This document shows, one piece after another, positions 1 to 12,976 of a stretch of DNA of 64,000 nucleotides (the first letter of the stretch is position 1; every line of letters starts with the position of its first letter). The translations under genes were made by a program, and so were the position numbers. Where the stretch lies: positions 3,348,001-3,412,000 of the forward strand of contig OZ024765.1 in assembly GCA_964016885.1 (NCBI GenBank). The letters run 5' to 3'. The notes beneath the pieces are model-generated. The model was not told the origin of the DNA, searched no databases, and saw only the letters and a list, made by a program, of their open reading frames with translations. This stretch comes from Eledone cirrhosa (Eukaryota).

Positions 1-117
1 TCTGCTGACACCGCCAGATGGCGTTAGTCGCCGGTGTTTTGGCAGAGCTACCGTATTTCTTCTGAAATACCAAATTCCAATACATATCTGTATACAACTA
101 TGCCTGAAGCTAAATTG

Positions 118-218
<101 letters not shown>

Positions 219-332
219 AACAAAGAAAGTGTGGTAAGGAACCAGGTGGATCATAACACACCAGAGTACTCAATACTTAGGGTAGTAGAGTGGGTAATAG
301 GAAAAGAGTCAGGACCCCGACGGCTGAGCTCC
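219..332 (+). repeat. Dispersed ~115-bp repeat family A
   Basis: Copies at 3691-3805 (+), 7271-7376 (-), 30489-30542 (+), 53300-53437 (+) and 53457-53518 (-), mostly abutting (TA)n or (TG)n. Confidence 0.75.
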
Positions 333-404
333 GGCATGTATGTATGTGTGTGTTTATGTGGGTGCATACATATGTATATGTGTGTATGGGTGTATATATG
401 TCAC

Positions 405-617
405 CCCTACATACCAGTCTCCCCTCTCCACGCCACCGATGAGGTCCAAGGGAAAGGCAATGGCCGATACGACTCATTTCTACAGCTGAGTAAACTGGAG
501 CAACGTGAAATAAAGTGTCTTGCTCAAGGAAACAACACATCACCTGGTCCGAGAATTGAACTCACGACCTTTCGATTGCAAGCCCAATGCTCTAACCACT
601 AAGCCATGTGCCTTCAC
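405..617 (-). mobile_element. tRNA-derived SINE, family S1
   Basis: Minus strand has A box TGGCTTAGTGG, B box AGTTCAATTC, and body TCCTTGAGCAAGACACTTTATTTCACGTTGCTCC. Confidence 0.8.
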
Positions 618-666
618 AATGCATAGGTATATATATATATATATACATATACATACATACCTATGC

Positions 667-700
<34 letters not shown>

Positions 701-860
701 AAAATAAAGGAGGGAGAATAAAGTTAATTAGTAATTAAGCTTATTAATACAATTATCACAAATATACATCCTGCTTAATCATATACACATGTTTATACAC
801 ACGTACATATATATATATGTCTATACACACAACTGCATGTATTTTAATCCTCATTGGCTA

Positions 861-892
<32 letters not shown>

Positions 893-912
893 CACACACA
901 TATATATATGCG

Positions 913-975
<63 letters not shown>

Positions 976-1102
976 GTAAACACACACATATATATATGTA
1001 AACACACAGACACATATATATATATACACACATATATACATATATACATATGAATATATATATATATATATACACACACATATATATATGCGCGCGTGTG
1101 TG

Positions 1103-1133
<31 letters not shown>

Positions 1134-1363
1134 GTAAACACACACACACGTATATATATATGTAAACACACAGACACATATATATATATACACACATATA
1201 TACATATATAAACACACACATATATACACACATATATACATATATAAACACACACATATATACACACATATATACATATATATAAACACACACACACATA
1301 TATATACACACATATATACATATATATAAACACACACACACACACATATATACATATATATAA

Positions 1364-1396
<33 letters not shown>

Positions 1397-1437
1397 CTCA
1401 CACATATATATATACACACACACGCTCACACATATAC

Positions 1438-1509
<72 letters not shown>

Positions 1510-1761
1510 GCTAAACACGAGTTGCTACGTGAGGCTCTGACGTAATAAACTTAGAGTTATGTCCCTTAGTCCGTTTGCCTATAACAGACTCAGCGTGCCC
1601 TAAATTTTTAATTATATATATATATATAATTATATATATTATATATATATATAATTGTTTCTACTTTTGGCACAAGGCCAGCAATTAACCAGTGTATTAC
1701 TGGTACTTTATTGTATCGACCCGGTAAGGATGAAAGGCAAAGTTAACCTCGGGGGATATAT

Positions 1762-1935
1762 AATGAAATTCCGTTGTAACGAAATTCACGTGGTATGTAA
1801 AAAATTCGTTGTAACGAAAAATTCTTTATAACGATATCGACCTATCGCTTCAAGCGTGTGGGCGGGGATTACAAAAAATTTCGTTATATTGAAGAATTCG
1901 ATAAAATGGTATTCGTTATAACAGAATTTTACCTA
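1762..1935. mobile_element. Tigger/pogo-like MITE fragment
   Basis: Repeated TTCGTT(G/A)TAACGAA palindromic submotifs and a TIR-like end ATAACAGAATTTTACC. Confidence 0.45.
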
Positions 1936-1939
1936 ATAC

Positions 1940-1980
<41 letters not shown>

Positions 1981-1982
<2 letters not shown>

Positions 1983-2296
1983 GGATGGGTGCTACACGAG
2001 AATGCTGAGGATGGCTCTGAACATTAATCAGTATACACTGAGGATGAAGAACTCAGAGCTGTACGGGAGCCTCCCAAACGTCAGCTCGGGAGTAGTACAG
2101 AGGAGACTGGGGTTAGCTGGACATGCTCACCGACATCCAGAGTTGACACTGCACTCAGTGCTCCTGTGGGAACCCCTACATGAACACACTGGAAGAGGAA
2201 GACCAAGGTTGACGCAGGACATGGCAGCGATGATGAGGGACAGAGACCGCTGGAGAGAACTCGTCCATGGATCTCGGGAATTTTACCCGCCCTAGA
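1981..2296 (+). mobile_element. RTE LINE 3' fragment
   Basis: VDGCYTRMLRMALNI...RRLGLAGH.HRH.E....VLLWEP.H...GRGRP; same family as 2350-2590 and 51665-52051. Confidence 0.88.
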
Positions 2297-2332
<36 letters not shown>

Positions 2333-2349
2333 TGTATATATATATATAT

Positions 2350-2590
2350 CTAGGGCGGGTAAAATTCCCGAGATCCATGGACGAGTTCCCTCCAGCAATC
2401 TCTGTCCCTCATTATCGCTGCCATGTCCTGCGTCTCCAACAGACCAGTGTCTGTCCTTAGGGCATCAACATACGTTAACCTTGGTCTTCCTCTTCCAGTG
2501 TGTCCATGTAGGGGCTCCCACAGGAGCACTGAGTGCAGTGTCCACTCTGGATGTCCGTGAGCATGTCCAGCTAACCGCAGTCTCCTCTGT
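2350..2590 (-). mobile_element. RTE LINE 3' fragment, inverted relative to 1981-2296
   Basis: Reverse complement of the neighbouring copy; retains about 40 bp deleted from it. Confidence 0.88.
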
Positions 2591-2744
2591 TATATACATA
2601 CATACGTAGGTATGTATGTATATAGGCGCGCACTGAGTTCAAATCAAATCGCCTTTCACTATTTCGAATCGATGAAAAAAAGTACCAGTCCTATACTGGG
2701 GTCGATTCTTCCTCTATAGGAAAAAAAATCGTAAGGAATGTAGA

Positions 2745-2797
<53 letters not shown>

Positions 2798-3183
2798 TCC
2801 GTTTACAATTGTTTCGCTACTCCATATAATATTTCTGGATCAGATGACTATATATCATAATTGATCTGGTTCAGTTGAAAATAATTAACATATTTAAAAA
2901 AACAGAGTGGCTCATCGGAACTGAAAGGAATATAAATTAAAATAATGTTACATAATATAATGTTCCATATGGAACATTATATTATGTAACATTATTTTAA
3001 TTTATATTCCTTTGAGTTCCGATAATTCTTAGTCTTTCTTTTTAGATAGATACATAGATATAAGGTTGCGCCCTGATGATATCTGTCTGTATGTCTGGCT
3101 GTCTGCATTACGACATGTCTATATATATATATATTACGATATGTCTACATATATATATATATATATACATATATATACGTATA

Positions 3184-3241
<58 letters not shown>

Positions 3242-3654
3242 CATATACGTCTATATACATATATATATATATACATATACGTAAATATATATATATATAC
3301 ATATACGTATATACATATATATATATATATGTGTGTGTGTGTGTCTGTGTGTGTCAGGCCCCCAGCTGTTTTCACAACACCTTTCTAGGAGAGGAAAACT
3401 CTAAAAAAAACCTGCAGCTCCGGAAACATCCGATCATGTTCACCAGTTCTCCTTTTCAGATAGGGTTTTCGAAGCTCAGAGAGTGGGATTGGTCGAGTGC
3501 AAGGTCTTTCCCCACTTAAAAAAACCTTCGAAGCACAGGTATTGTTTGTTAAGGATCTGTTACAGGTTCGTGTAGCTGGCCGTAGCCTAAAAGTGCACCA
3601 ATTTCTGTAATCCGACAAGCAATTGCAATACTCCTAGCAGAGTTTGCAGCCATC

Positions 3655-3692
<38 letters not shown>

Positions 3693-4373
3693 CAAAGAAA
3701 GTGTGGTAAGAAACCAGGTGGACCATAACGCACCAGAGTACTCGATACTTAGGGTAGTAGAGTTGGGTAATAGGAAAAGTATAAGGACCCCGACGGCTGA
3801 GCTCCATATATATACATATCCTCGTTCCGATATGCTTGGTTTTGTCACTGTGGTGTGCTATGTGTAAGTAGAAATGTCTTTATAGTGTTTATTATCTCAT
3901 TTATAGTTTATAAGATTTATAAAATAATCTTCAACTAATTAGGAATTAAAAAAAATCAACACAGATAACAATCGTTTTAGATGTTACCCTAAATTTAGAT
4001 AATGACACTGCTAATCTTTACAACAACCCAAATGAGACTTAGTCAAGGACCGCTCACCTCTGGAGAATGTTTGATAGCGCAGCGACCCATTGTAATTGTG
4101 TATTAGCTAATTGTGGTTCGATAGATAAGATTAGATATAATTCTAACCCTCCATAGCTGATCTAAGAATAGGCCCGGAAATAAGAACTAGTTTCTACCCT
4201 CGTCTCCTTAAACGTAAAATGTTGATAAAGGCAAACATTGCTAACACTAACAGATAAGAACTCTCCAGTCACTGTTATATGTATATCTTCGAGGGTATCG
4301 GCTTAAAAGTGATCTATATCAGCACTCCAAACGTGTGTATGTATGTATGTATGTATGTATGTATGTATGTATG

Positions 4374-4402
<29 letters not shown>

Positions 4403-4405
<3 letters not shown>

Positions 4406-4871
4406 ACCTGTCAAAGGGCAAAGGAGCTCTTAAGAGTCAATGGCCATCCAAAATCACCGGGAGAGATGACCCCTTAGCCTTTGTCAAGGCAGAATTCTAG
4501 GAGAAGGAAAACTGATATAACACCTGCAACCCTGATGGTATCCAATGATGTTGACTTGTTCTCCTTTTTGGTAAATATCATCTTGGTTAAGAGAGTGGGA
4601 CTGGCTTTGTGCAGTGCCTTTGCTCACTATAAAAGCTTCACGGCACAGGCATTGCTTTATATCTGGAGATCTCTCTGCACTTGTCGTCACATGGTGCCAT
4701 GGGCCCAGCACTATGTGTCAATAATTGTCACAAGTGTAGTGGAGTGTTTGTACCAGAGTTTTCAAGTCGCTGGCTGGACTAAAAAGTCACACTCGTTCAG
4801 CGCATCGATAGGGGTTCTCTTACATGGATATAAAGTAGTGGCAGTACTCGAAAACGAGTTGGCAGCCACCA
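4403..4871 (+). mobile_element. Copy of the short RTE derivative
   Basis: Direct sequence match to 50300-50765. Confidence 0.8.
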
Positions 4872-4959
4872 TGTATGTATATATGTATGTATATATGTTT
4901 GTATATATATATATATATGTATGTATATTTATGTATGTATATGTATGTATGTATATATT

Positions 4960-6320
4960 CTGAAACTCTTCCACGATGACATGCAGGCATGGGTGAATGT
5001 TGGAGGTAAACTGTCTGAGCCAATCTCGGTTGAAAATGGTGTCAAGTAGGGTGATATACCTGCACCAACTTTGTTTGCCTTGTATTTCACAATGGTGTTC
5101 TTCATGGCCTTCAAGGATTGTCAACATGGTATCTATCTCAGATATCGCACTTCCGGCAAGCTGTTTAACCATAGGCGTCTCACTGCCAACACTAAGGTAC
5201 TGAGTACCTTGATCAGAGAATTTTTATATGCAGATGATTGTGATCTCTTTGCACACTCCCAGGGTGACATGCAACACCTTATGGATTCTTTTTCCAATGC
5301 GTGCAGTGCTTTGGGACTGACAATCAATCTGAAGAAGACTGTCGTCATGTACCAACCTGCTCCGGATAAAGTTTTCAATGAACCCTCCATACACGTATAC
5401 GATCAAAAGCAGAAGTTGGTCTACGTGTTAGTAAGGCAAGTGAGTCATTTGGAAAGCTCAACGACCGTCTTTGGTGCAGGCGAGAAATCACAATGAGGAC
5501 CAAGGTGAGAGTGTATGCTGCATGTGTACTGTCAGCTTTGCTGTATGCATGCGAGACGTGGGTTGTCTACAAACGGCATATCCACAGACTGGAACGGTTT
5601 CACCAGCAGTGTCTCAGAAAGATGCTCGGTATCAAGTGGCAGATGCATGTGAGTGATGTTGAGGTCCTTGAGAGAAGTGAGTGCCGTAGCATTGAGAGTA
5701 TCATCCACCAACGGCGTTTGCGATGGACTGGACAGCTCTGCAGAATGGATGATGATCGAGTCCCAAAACAACTCTTGTATGGCGAGCTTTGTGAGGGTAA
5801 GAGACAACCTCACAAACCAAAGCTCCGATTCAAGGATTGTGTAAAGGACTCATTGAAAAAAACTGGTTTGATGATGGCTGACTGGGAGATAGAAGCTCTT
5901 GAAAGAGAGACTTGGCGTGGAATGGTGAATGATGGGGTCCATAATTTTGAGGACAGACGCATATAGCACGAGAAGATCAAACGGGATGTGCGTAAGCTAT
6001 GCTCTGGTGTATCTCTCGAAACGATCGGTGTCTCCATTGAATTGAAGTGCCCTGAGTGTGGAAAAATTTGCTTGAGCAAATCTTGTCTCAGGAGCCACAG
6101 TCAGCCATGTTCAAAGAGAACCAGTGAACTATGATCTCCACGGTGTTGTGAGGGTTCACGGGCAACCTGATGCGGGACCTCAAGCCAGGGAGATCCATAG
6201 TTGTCGTCAGTGTGTGAAGGAGTGCAAGTCTCTAACAGGCTTGAAAAGCCATATCGAGCGTCCCACATCTGAATCTGACAAGCGATTGCAATACCCTTGG
6301 CAGAGTTTGCAGCCATCATG
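4960..6320 (+). mobile_element. 5'-truncated RTE-clade LINE (RT, C-terminal region, zinc-finger-like tail), disrupted
   Basis: GVK*GDIPAPTLF, GKLFNHRRL, FLYADD, TKVRVY.ACVLSALLYACETW, RLRWTGQLCRM..RVPKQLLYGEL, CPECGKIC...LRSH; contains stops and an internal deletion near 5410. Confidence 0.93.
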
Positions 6321-8740
6321 TATATATGTATGTATGTATATATTATGTGTATGTATATATGTATGTAATGTCGGGTCACTCTTGGGTGCTACTGGTAACA
6401 TGTAACCCAGTACAACCTGTCACATGGTTGGTTCTGCGGCGACTAAACCGGCAACCCCACCAAGTTACTTGGTGAGGAGGGTGATTTGGATCACCCTGCA
6501 GGACAAAAAACAAAACCTGACAAAGGGCGGAAGAACTCATAAGAGTCAACGGCCATCCGAAAGTGTGTAAATATGTATATACACATGTACCGCGCGGTTA
6601 AACCACTGGCAGTGAAGGACCCCAGCCTTTGTCAGGGCATTCTTCTAGGAGAAGGCAACTCAGGAAACTTGGTGATGGTGTGGTGGTGGTGTGGTGGTGG
6701 TGATGATGGTGTTGGTGGTAGTGATGATGGTGTTGGTGGTGGTGGTGGTGATGGTGATGGTGGTGATGGTGGTGATGGTGGTGATGGTGGCGGTGGTGAT
6801 GGTGGTGATGGTGGCGGTGGTGATGGTGGTGGTGGTGGTGGTGTTGGTGATGATGATGGTGTTGGTGGTAGTGATGATGGTGGTGGTGTTGGTGGTGGTG
6901 GTGATGATGTTGGTGATGGTGGTGGTGGTATGGTGGTGGTGATGATGATGGTGTTGGTGATGATGGTGGTGGTGTTGGTGGTGGTGATGGTGGTGTTGGT
7001 GTTGGTGGTGGTGGTGATGATGGTGTTAGTGGTGATGGTGATGGTGTTGGTGGTGGTGATGGTGGTGTTGGTGGTAGTGGTGATGGTGTTGGTGGTGGTG
7101 ATGGTGGTGTTGGTGGTGATGGTGATGGTGGTGGTGGTGGTGATGATGGTGTTGGTGGTAGTGGTGATGGTGATGGTGGTGGTGCTTCAAGCACAGGCAA
7201 CGCTTGATATGTGACAATTTTTGCGATGGCCGTTTCCACATCTAGATCCGATCTAGCTGTGGAAACGGGCGGAGCTCAGCCGTCGGGGTCCTGAATCTTT
7301 TCCTATTACCCACTCTACTACCCCAAGTATCGAGTACTCTGGTGGGCTATGATCTAGCTGCTGTTTTTTTACCACACCCACAGCATCATCACTAACACCA
7401 CCACCACCACCACCACAACACCCCCCACCACCACCACCACTACTCCCCCCATAATCCCCACCACTACCCCCCCCCCATAATCCCCACCACCACCACTACC
7501 CCCATAATCCCACCACCACCACCACTACTCCCCCCCCCATAATCCCCACCACCACCACCGCTACTCCCCCATAACACCACCACCACCACCACCACCGATC
7601 AAATAGGTAATTCTACCTAAATACTCAACGTAAGTTGCAAGCTGTTACACAGTGGGTGGAGGGCGAAGGGGATCGAGGGTGGCGGGGGTGTAGCGTAACG
7701 ACCCTGGGTGTGGTGGGGTGTGGTGGGGTGTAGTGAGGTGTGGCGTGGGGTGTAGTGAGGTGTGGCGTGGTGTGGTGTGGTGGTGGTATGGTGTGGTGTG
7801 GTGTGGTGTGGTGTGATGTAGTGTAGTGTGGTGTGGTGTAGTATGGTGTGGTGTAGTGTGGTGTGGTGTAGTGTGGTGTAGTGTAGTATAGTGCGGTGTA
7901 GTGTAGTGAGGTGTAGTGTGGTGTGGTGTAGTGTAGTGTAGTGTAGTGTAGTGTAGTGTAGTGTAGTGTAGTGTAGTGTAGTGTAGTGTAGTGTAGTGTA
8001 GTGTAGTGTAGTGTAGTGTAGTGTAGTGTAGTGTAGTGTAGTGTAGTGTAGTGTAGTGTAGTGAGGTGTAGTGTAGTTAGGTGTAGTGTAGTGTAGTGTA
8101 GTGTAGTGTAGTGTAGTGTAGTGTAGTGTGTGGTGATGTAGTGTAGTGTAGTGAGGTGTAGTGTAGTTAGGTGTAGTGTAGTGTAGTGTAGTGTAGTGTA
8201 GTGTAGTGTAGTGTAGTGTAGTGAGGTGTAGTGTAGTGAGGTGTAGTGTAGTGTAGTGAGGTGTAGTGTAGTGTAGTGTGGTGTAGTGTGGTGTAGTCTG
8301 GTGTAGTGTGGTGTAGTGTGGTGTAGTCTGGTGTAGTGTAGTGTAGTGTGGTGTAGTGTGGTGTAGTCTGGTGTAGTGTGGTGTAGTGTGGTGTAGTCTG
8401 GTGTAGTGTAGTGTAGTGAGGTGTAGTGTAGTTAGGTGTAGTGTAGTGTAGTGTAGTGTAGTGTAGTGTAGTGTAGTGTAGTGTAGTGAGGTGTAGTGTA
8501 GTGAGGTGTAGTGTGGTGTAGTGTGGTGTAGTCTGGTGTAGTGTAGTGTAGTGTGGTGTAGTCTGGTGTAGTGTAGTGTGTGGTGTGGCGTGGCGTAGTG
8601 TGGTGTAGTGTGTTGGTGAGGGACTAAAGACACGTGACTCAGTGGTTAAAGTGTTCGGCTCGTTACGAAGCAAAAGCTTGGCAACACGGCACTGCTGTGA
8701 CTTTCATCTGGAGAATATGTCTGTATATATGTGTGTGTGT

Positions 8741-9420
8741 GTCAGGTTGCTCTCGAGTGCTACTGGTGACATGTAACCCAGTACAACCTGTCGTGGTCGG
8801 GTCGTCGGCGACTAAACCGGCAATCCCACCAAGTTTGCTTGGTGAGGAGGGTGATATTTGGATACCCGGCGGGATAAAATACAAGACCCAGGAAAGGGCG
8901 GAGGAACTCAGGAGAGTCAACGGCTAGCCAAATGGTATTTTTTTTTTTACCCGGGAGTGAAAGGCCCCCAGTTGTCTGGGAGAGGGAAACTCTGAAAAAA
9001 AAAAAACCTGCAGCTTTGGAAGCATCCGATGATGTTCACCAGTTCTCCTTTTCAAGTAATGTTTTCGATGCCCAGAGAGTGGGATTAGTCGAGTGCAAGG
9101 CCTTTCCTCACTTAAAAAACCTTCAAAGCACAGGCATTGCTTGTTCAGGATGTGTTACAGGTTCGTATGGCTGGCCGTGGCATAAAGGTGCACCAAACTC
9201 TATAATCTGACAAGCGATTGCAATACTCTTAGCAGAGTTTGCAGCCATCATGTTTGTATGTAACCCAGTACAACCTGTCTTATGGTCGGGTCGTCGGCGA
9301 CTAAACCGGCAACCCCACCAAACTTGCTTAGTGATGAGAGTGAATTTGGACACCCTACGGCATGAAAAACAAAACCCGGCAAAGGGCAGAGGAACTCAAC
9401 AGAGTCAACGACCATCCAAT
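8741..9420 (+). mobile_element. Second short RTE-derived family (leader plus CAGAGTTTGCAGCCATCATG tail), followed by another leader fragment
   Basis: Leader shared with 6370-6670, 50157 and 57689-57870; tail shared with 3355-3656 and with the end of the RTE LINE at ~6280-6320. Confidence 0.7.
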
Positions 9421-9774
9421 AAAGTTTTTTTTTTCTTTTTGTTTGTGGAGCAAAACTTTATTGTTTTCATTAAGATAGAACAGGAGTGGGAAAACCCTTT
9501 GGATCAAGGGCCATATTGACTGTGTCATGAACACCAGAGGGCTTCAACATTTATTATTGGATATAGTGTGCCAGTAACCTTATTTTTCTCCAGTTAGAAT
9601 TTAGAAAATATAAAATATAAACTGTATCATTAGAATAAACTAGACACCCGCCACCCGTTGGGTTACGTTCTCTTCAAAATAATTTTTTTAAATCATGTTC
9701 ACTTAAAAATAATTTTTAAATTATTAAAATATACACAGACATGTATTTAATGTGAAATGAAACTGGAAGGCCCA

Positions 9775-9806
<32 letters not shown>

Positions 9807-10489
9807 GCAAAGGAGCTCTTAAGAGTCAATGGCCATCCAAAATCACTGGGAGAGATGACCCCTTAGCCTTTGTCAAGGCAGAATTCTAGGAGAAGGAAAA
9901 CTCTGATATAACACCTGCAACCCTGATGGTATCCAATGGTGTTGACTTGTTCTTCTTTTTGGTAAATATCATCTTGGTTAAGAGAGTGGGACTGGCTTTG
10001 TGCAGTGCCTTTGCTCACTATAAAAGCTTCACGGCACAGGCATTGTTTTATATCTGGAGATCTCTCTGCACTTGTCGTCACATGGTACCATGGGCCCAGC
10101 ACTGTGTGTCAATAATCGTCACAAGTGTAGTGTTTGTACCAGAGTTTTCAAGTCGCTGGCTGGACTAAAAAGTCACACTCGTTCAGCGCATCGATAGGGG
10201 TTCTCCTACATGGATATAAAGTAGTGGCAGTACTCGAAAACGAGTTGGCAGCCACCATGTATGTATGTATGTATGCTTTATATCTGGAGATCTCTCTGCA
10301 CTTGTCGTCACATGGTACCATGGACCCAGCACTATGTGTCAATAATTGTCACAAGTGTAGTGTTTGTACCAGAGTTTTCAAGTCACTGGCTGGACTAAAA
10401 AGTCACACTCGTTCAGCGCATCGGTAGGGGGTTCTCCTACATGGATATAAAGTAGTGGCCGTACTCGAAAACGAGTTGGCAGCCACCAT
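9807..10489 (+). mobile_element. Copy of the short RTE derivative plus a tandem 3' half-copy (10275-10489)
   Basis: Direct sequence match; the second unit restarts after a (TATG)n tail. Confidence 0.8.
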
Positions 10490-10585
10490 GTATGTATGTA
10501 TGTATGTATGTATGTATGTATGTATGTACGTATGTATGCACGTACGTATGTATGTATATGTATGTGTGTGTATGTATGTATGTAT

Positions 10586-10641
<56 letters not shown>

Positions 10642-10747
10642 GTGTGCGTGTATACATACACATATATGTGTGTGTATATATATATATATGTGGCTGTCTG
10701 ATCTATATACACTGGTCATAGACACACACACATACACACACTCACAG

Positions 10748-10797
<50 letters not shown>

Positions 10798-11228
10798 ACT
10801 CACAGATATATATATATACACACCACCAGCTCTCTTCCATTTTCCTTCTCTGTCTCCCCTCCCTCTCTCTATGTCTCTCTTTCAATTTACTCTCTCACAA
10901 CCACCATCTCTTCTTCTCTATCCTTCACTCTCTCTATCTGTATGAAGGTACCTAGAAAAACCCCATATCTCGGGAACCCGTGCTCCGATTTACGCGAAAC
11001 TTGTTTTATTCCAATTGTATTCCCATTTCAGGGTCAACTTCCTTTCAAAGTATTTTCCCATTATGTGCCCTTTTGGCTGTATTACATTACAGACAAACAA
11101 GCAAGCAAACACAGACTTTTAGTAATATATAGATAGATTAATAAAATGATTAAATACAAAAATCTTAAAACAAAGCTTTCTTTTAATTTGTGTTTGTCCA
11201 TCACAAAACATACCAGAACAAAAACTTA

Positions 11229-11397
11229 CCGTATTTCCCGGCGCCGAAGACGCTTCGTCTTCGAGTGCGCACCCTCATTTTGACAACCAAAATTTTGAAA
11301 AAAAAATAATAAACAGCCTTCGGCCCCCAAGATGCATGGTAGATTTTTGAGACTTATTTTAGGGAAAAGGTAGCGTCTTCGGCGCCGGGAAATACCG
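11229..11397. mobile_element. Tc1/mariner (Tc2/pogo-like) MITE, 169 bp
   Basis: 26-bp TIR CCGTATTTCCCGGCGCCGAAGACGCT with 1 mismatch; TA on both sides. Confidence 0.88.
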
Positions 11398-11514
11398 TAA
11401 TTTGTTCTAGTCTCGGTTTAAGTATTAGATACGAAAATGTGTTGATTTTATTTCTTTGATTAATTCGCCGAATGCTTCTACCGGCCGCACAAAACTCTTT
11501 GGCGGGATGTAGTT

Positions 11515-12976
11515 TTCCCAGCCCTGCTCTAAAGAGAAGGTCACTCTGATATAAAACCTGCGACTTCGTTTGCCCAGCCTTGTTCTAAAAAGAAGGTCAT
11601 TAATATAAAACCTGCGACTTCGTTTGCTCAGCCCTGCTCTAAGGAGAAGGTCACACTGATATAAAACCTGCGACTTCGTTTGCCCAGCCCTGCTCTAAAG
11701 AGAAGGTCACTAATATAAAACCTGCGACTTCGTTTGCCCAGCCCTGCTCTAAAAAGAAGGTCACTAATATAAAACCTGCGACTTCGTTTGCCCAGCCCTG
11801 CTCTAAGGAGAAGGTCACTAATATAAAATCTGCGACTTCGTTTGCCCAGCCCTGCTCTAAAGAAAAGGTCACTAATATAAAACCTACGACTTCGTTTGCT
11901 CAGCCCTGCTCTAAAGAGAAGGTTACTAATATAAAACCTGCGACTTCGCTTGCCCAGCCCTGCTCTAAAGAGAAGGTCACTAGTATAAAACCTGCGATTT
12001 CGTTTGCCCAGCCCTGCTCTAAAGAGAAGGTCACTAATATAAAACCTGCGACTACGTTTGCTCAGCCCTGCTCTAAGGAGAAGGTCACTAATATAAAACC
12101 TGCGACTTCGTTTGCCCAGCCTTGCTCTAAAGAGAAGGTCACTAATATAAAACCTGGGACTTCGTTTGCCCAGCCCTGCTCTAAAGAGGTCACTAATATA
12201 ACACCTGCGACTTCGTTTGCTCAGCCCTGCTCTAAAAAGAAGATCACTCTGATATAAAACCTGCGACTTCGTTTGCCCAGCCCTGCTCTAAAGAGAAGGT
12301 CACTCTGATATAAAACCTGCGACTTCGTTTGCTCAGCCCTGCTCTAAAGAGAAGGTCACTCTGATATAAAACCTGGGACTTTGTTTGCTCAGCCCTACTC
12401 TAAAGAGAAGGTCACTCTGATATAAAACCTGGGACTTTGTTTGCTCAACCCTGCTCTAAAGAGAAGGTCACTAATATAAAACCTGCGACTTCGTTTGCCC
12501 AGCCCTGCTCTAAAGAGAAGGTCACTAATATTAAACCTGGGACTTCGTTTGCCCAGCCCTGCTCTAAAGAGAAGGTCACTAATATAAAACCTGCGACTAC
12601 GTTTGCCCAGCCCTACTCTAAAGAGAAGGTCACTAATATAAAACCTGCGACTTCGTTTGCTCAGCCCTGCTCTAAAGAGAAGGTCACTAATATAAAACCT
12701 GCGACTACGTTTGCCCAGCCCTGCTCTAAAGAGAAGGTCACTAATATAAAACCTGCGACTACGTTTGCCCAGCCCTGCTCTAAAGAGAAGGTCACTAATA
12801 TAAAACCTGCGACTACGTTTGCCCAGCCCTACTCTAAAGAGAAGGTCACTAATATAAAACCTGGGACTTCGTTTGCCCAGCCCTTCTCTAAAGAGAAGGT
12901 CACTAATATAAAACCTGCGACTTCGTTTGCTAAGCCCTGCTGTAAAGAGAAGGTCACTAATATAAAACCTGCGACT
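11515..12976 (+). repeat. 54-bp (some 56-bp) minisatellite, ~27 copies
   Basis: Unit AAAACCTGCGACTTCGTTTGCCCAGCCCTGCTCTAAAGAGAAGGTCACTAATAT. Confidence 0.95.

Noticed and set aside
10-24. CCGCCAGATGGCG resembling a CTCF core motif
   Set aside because: Single short match at the window edge with no supporting context.
6671-7214. Gly/Val/Pro/His-rich ORFs over (GGT)n tracts as structural or mucin-like genes
   Set aside because: Frame-breaking trimer microsatellites with no signal peptide or unique flanking coding sequence.
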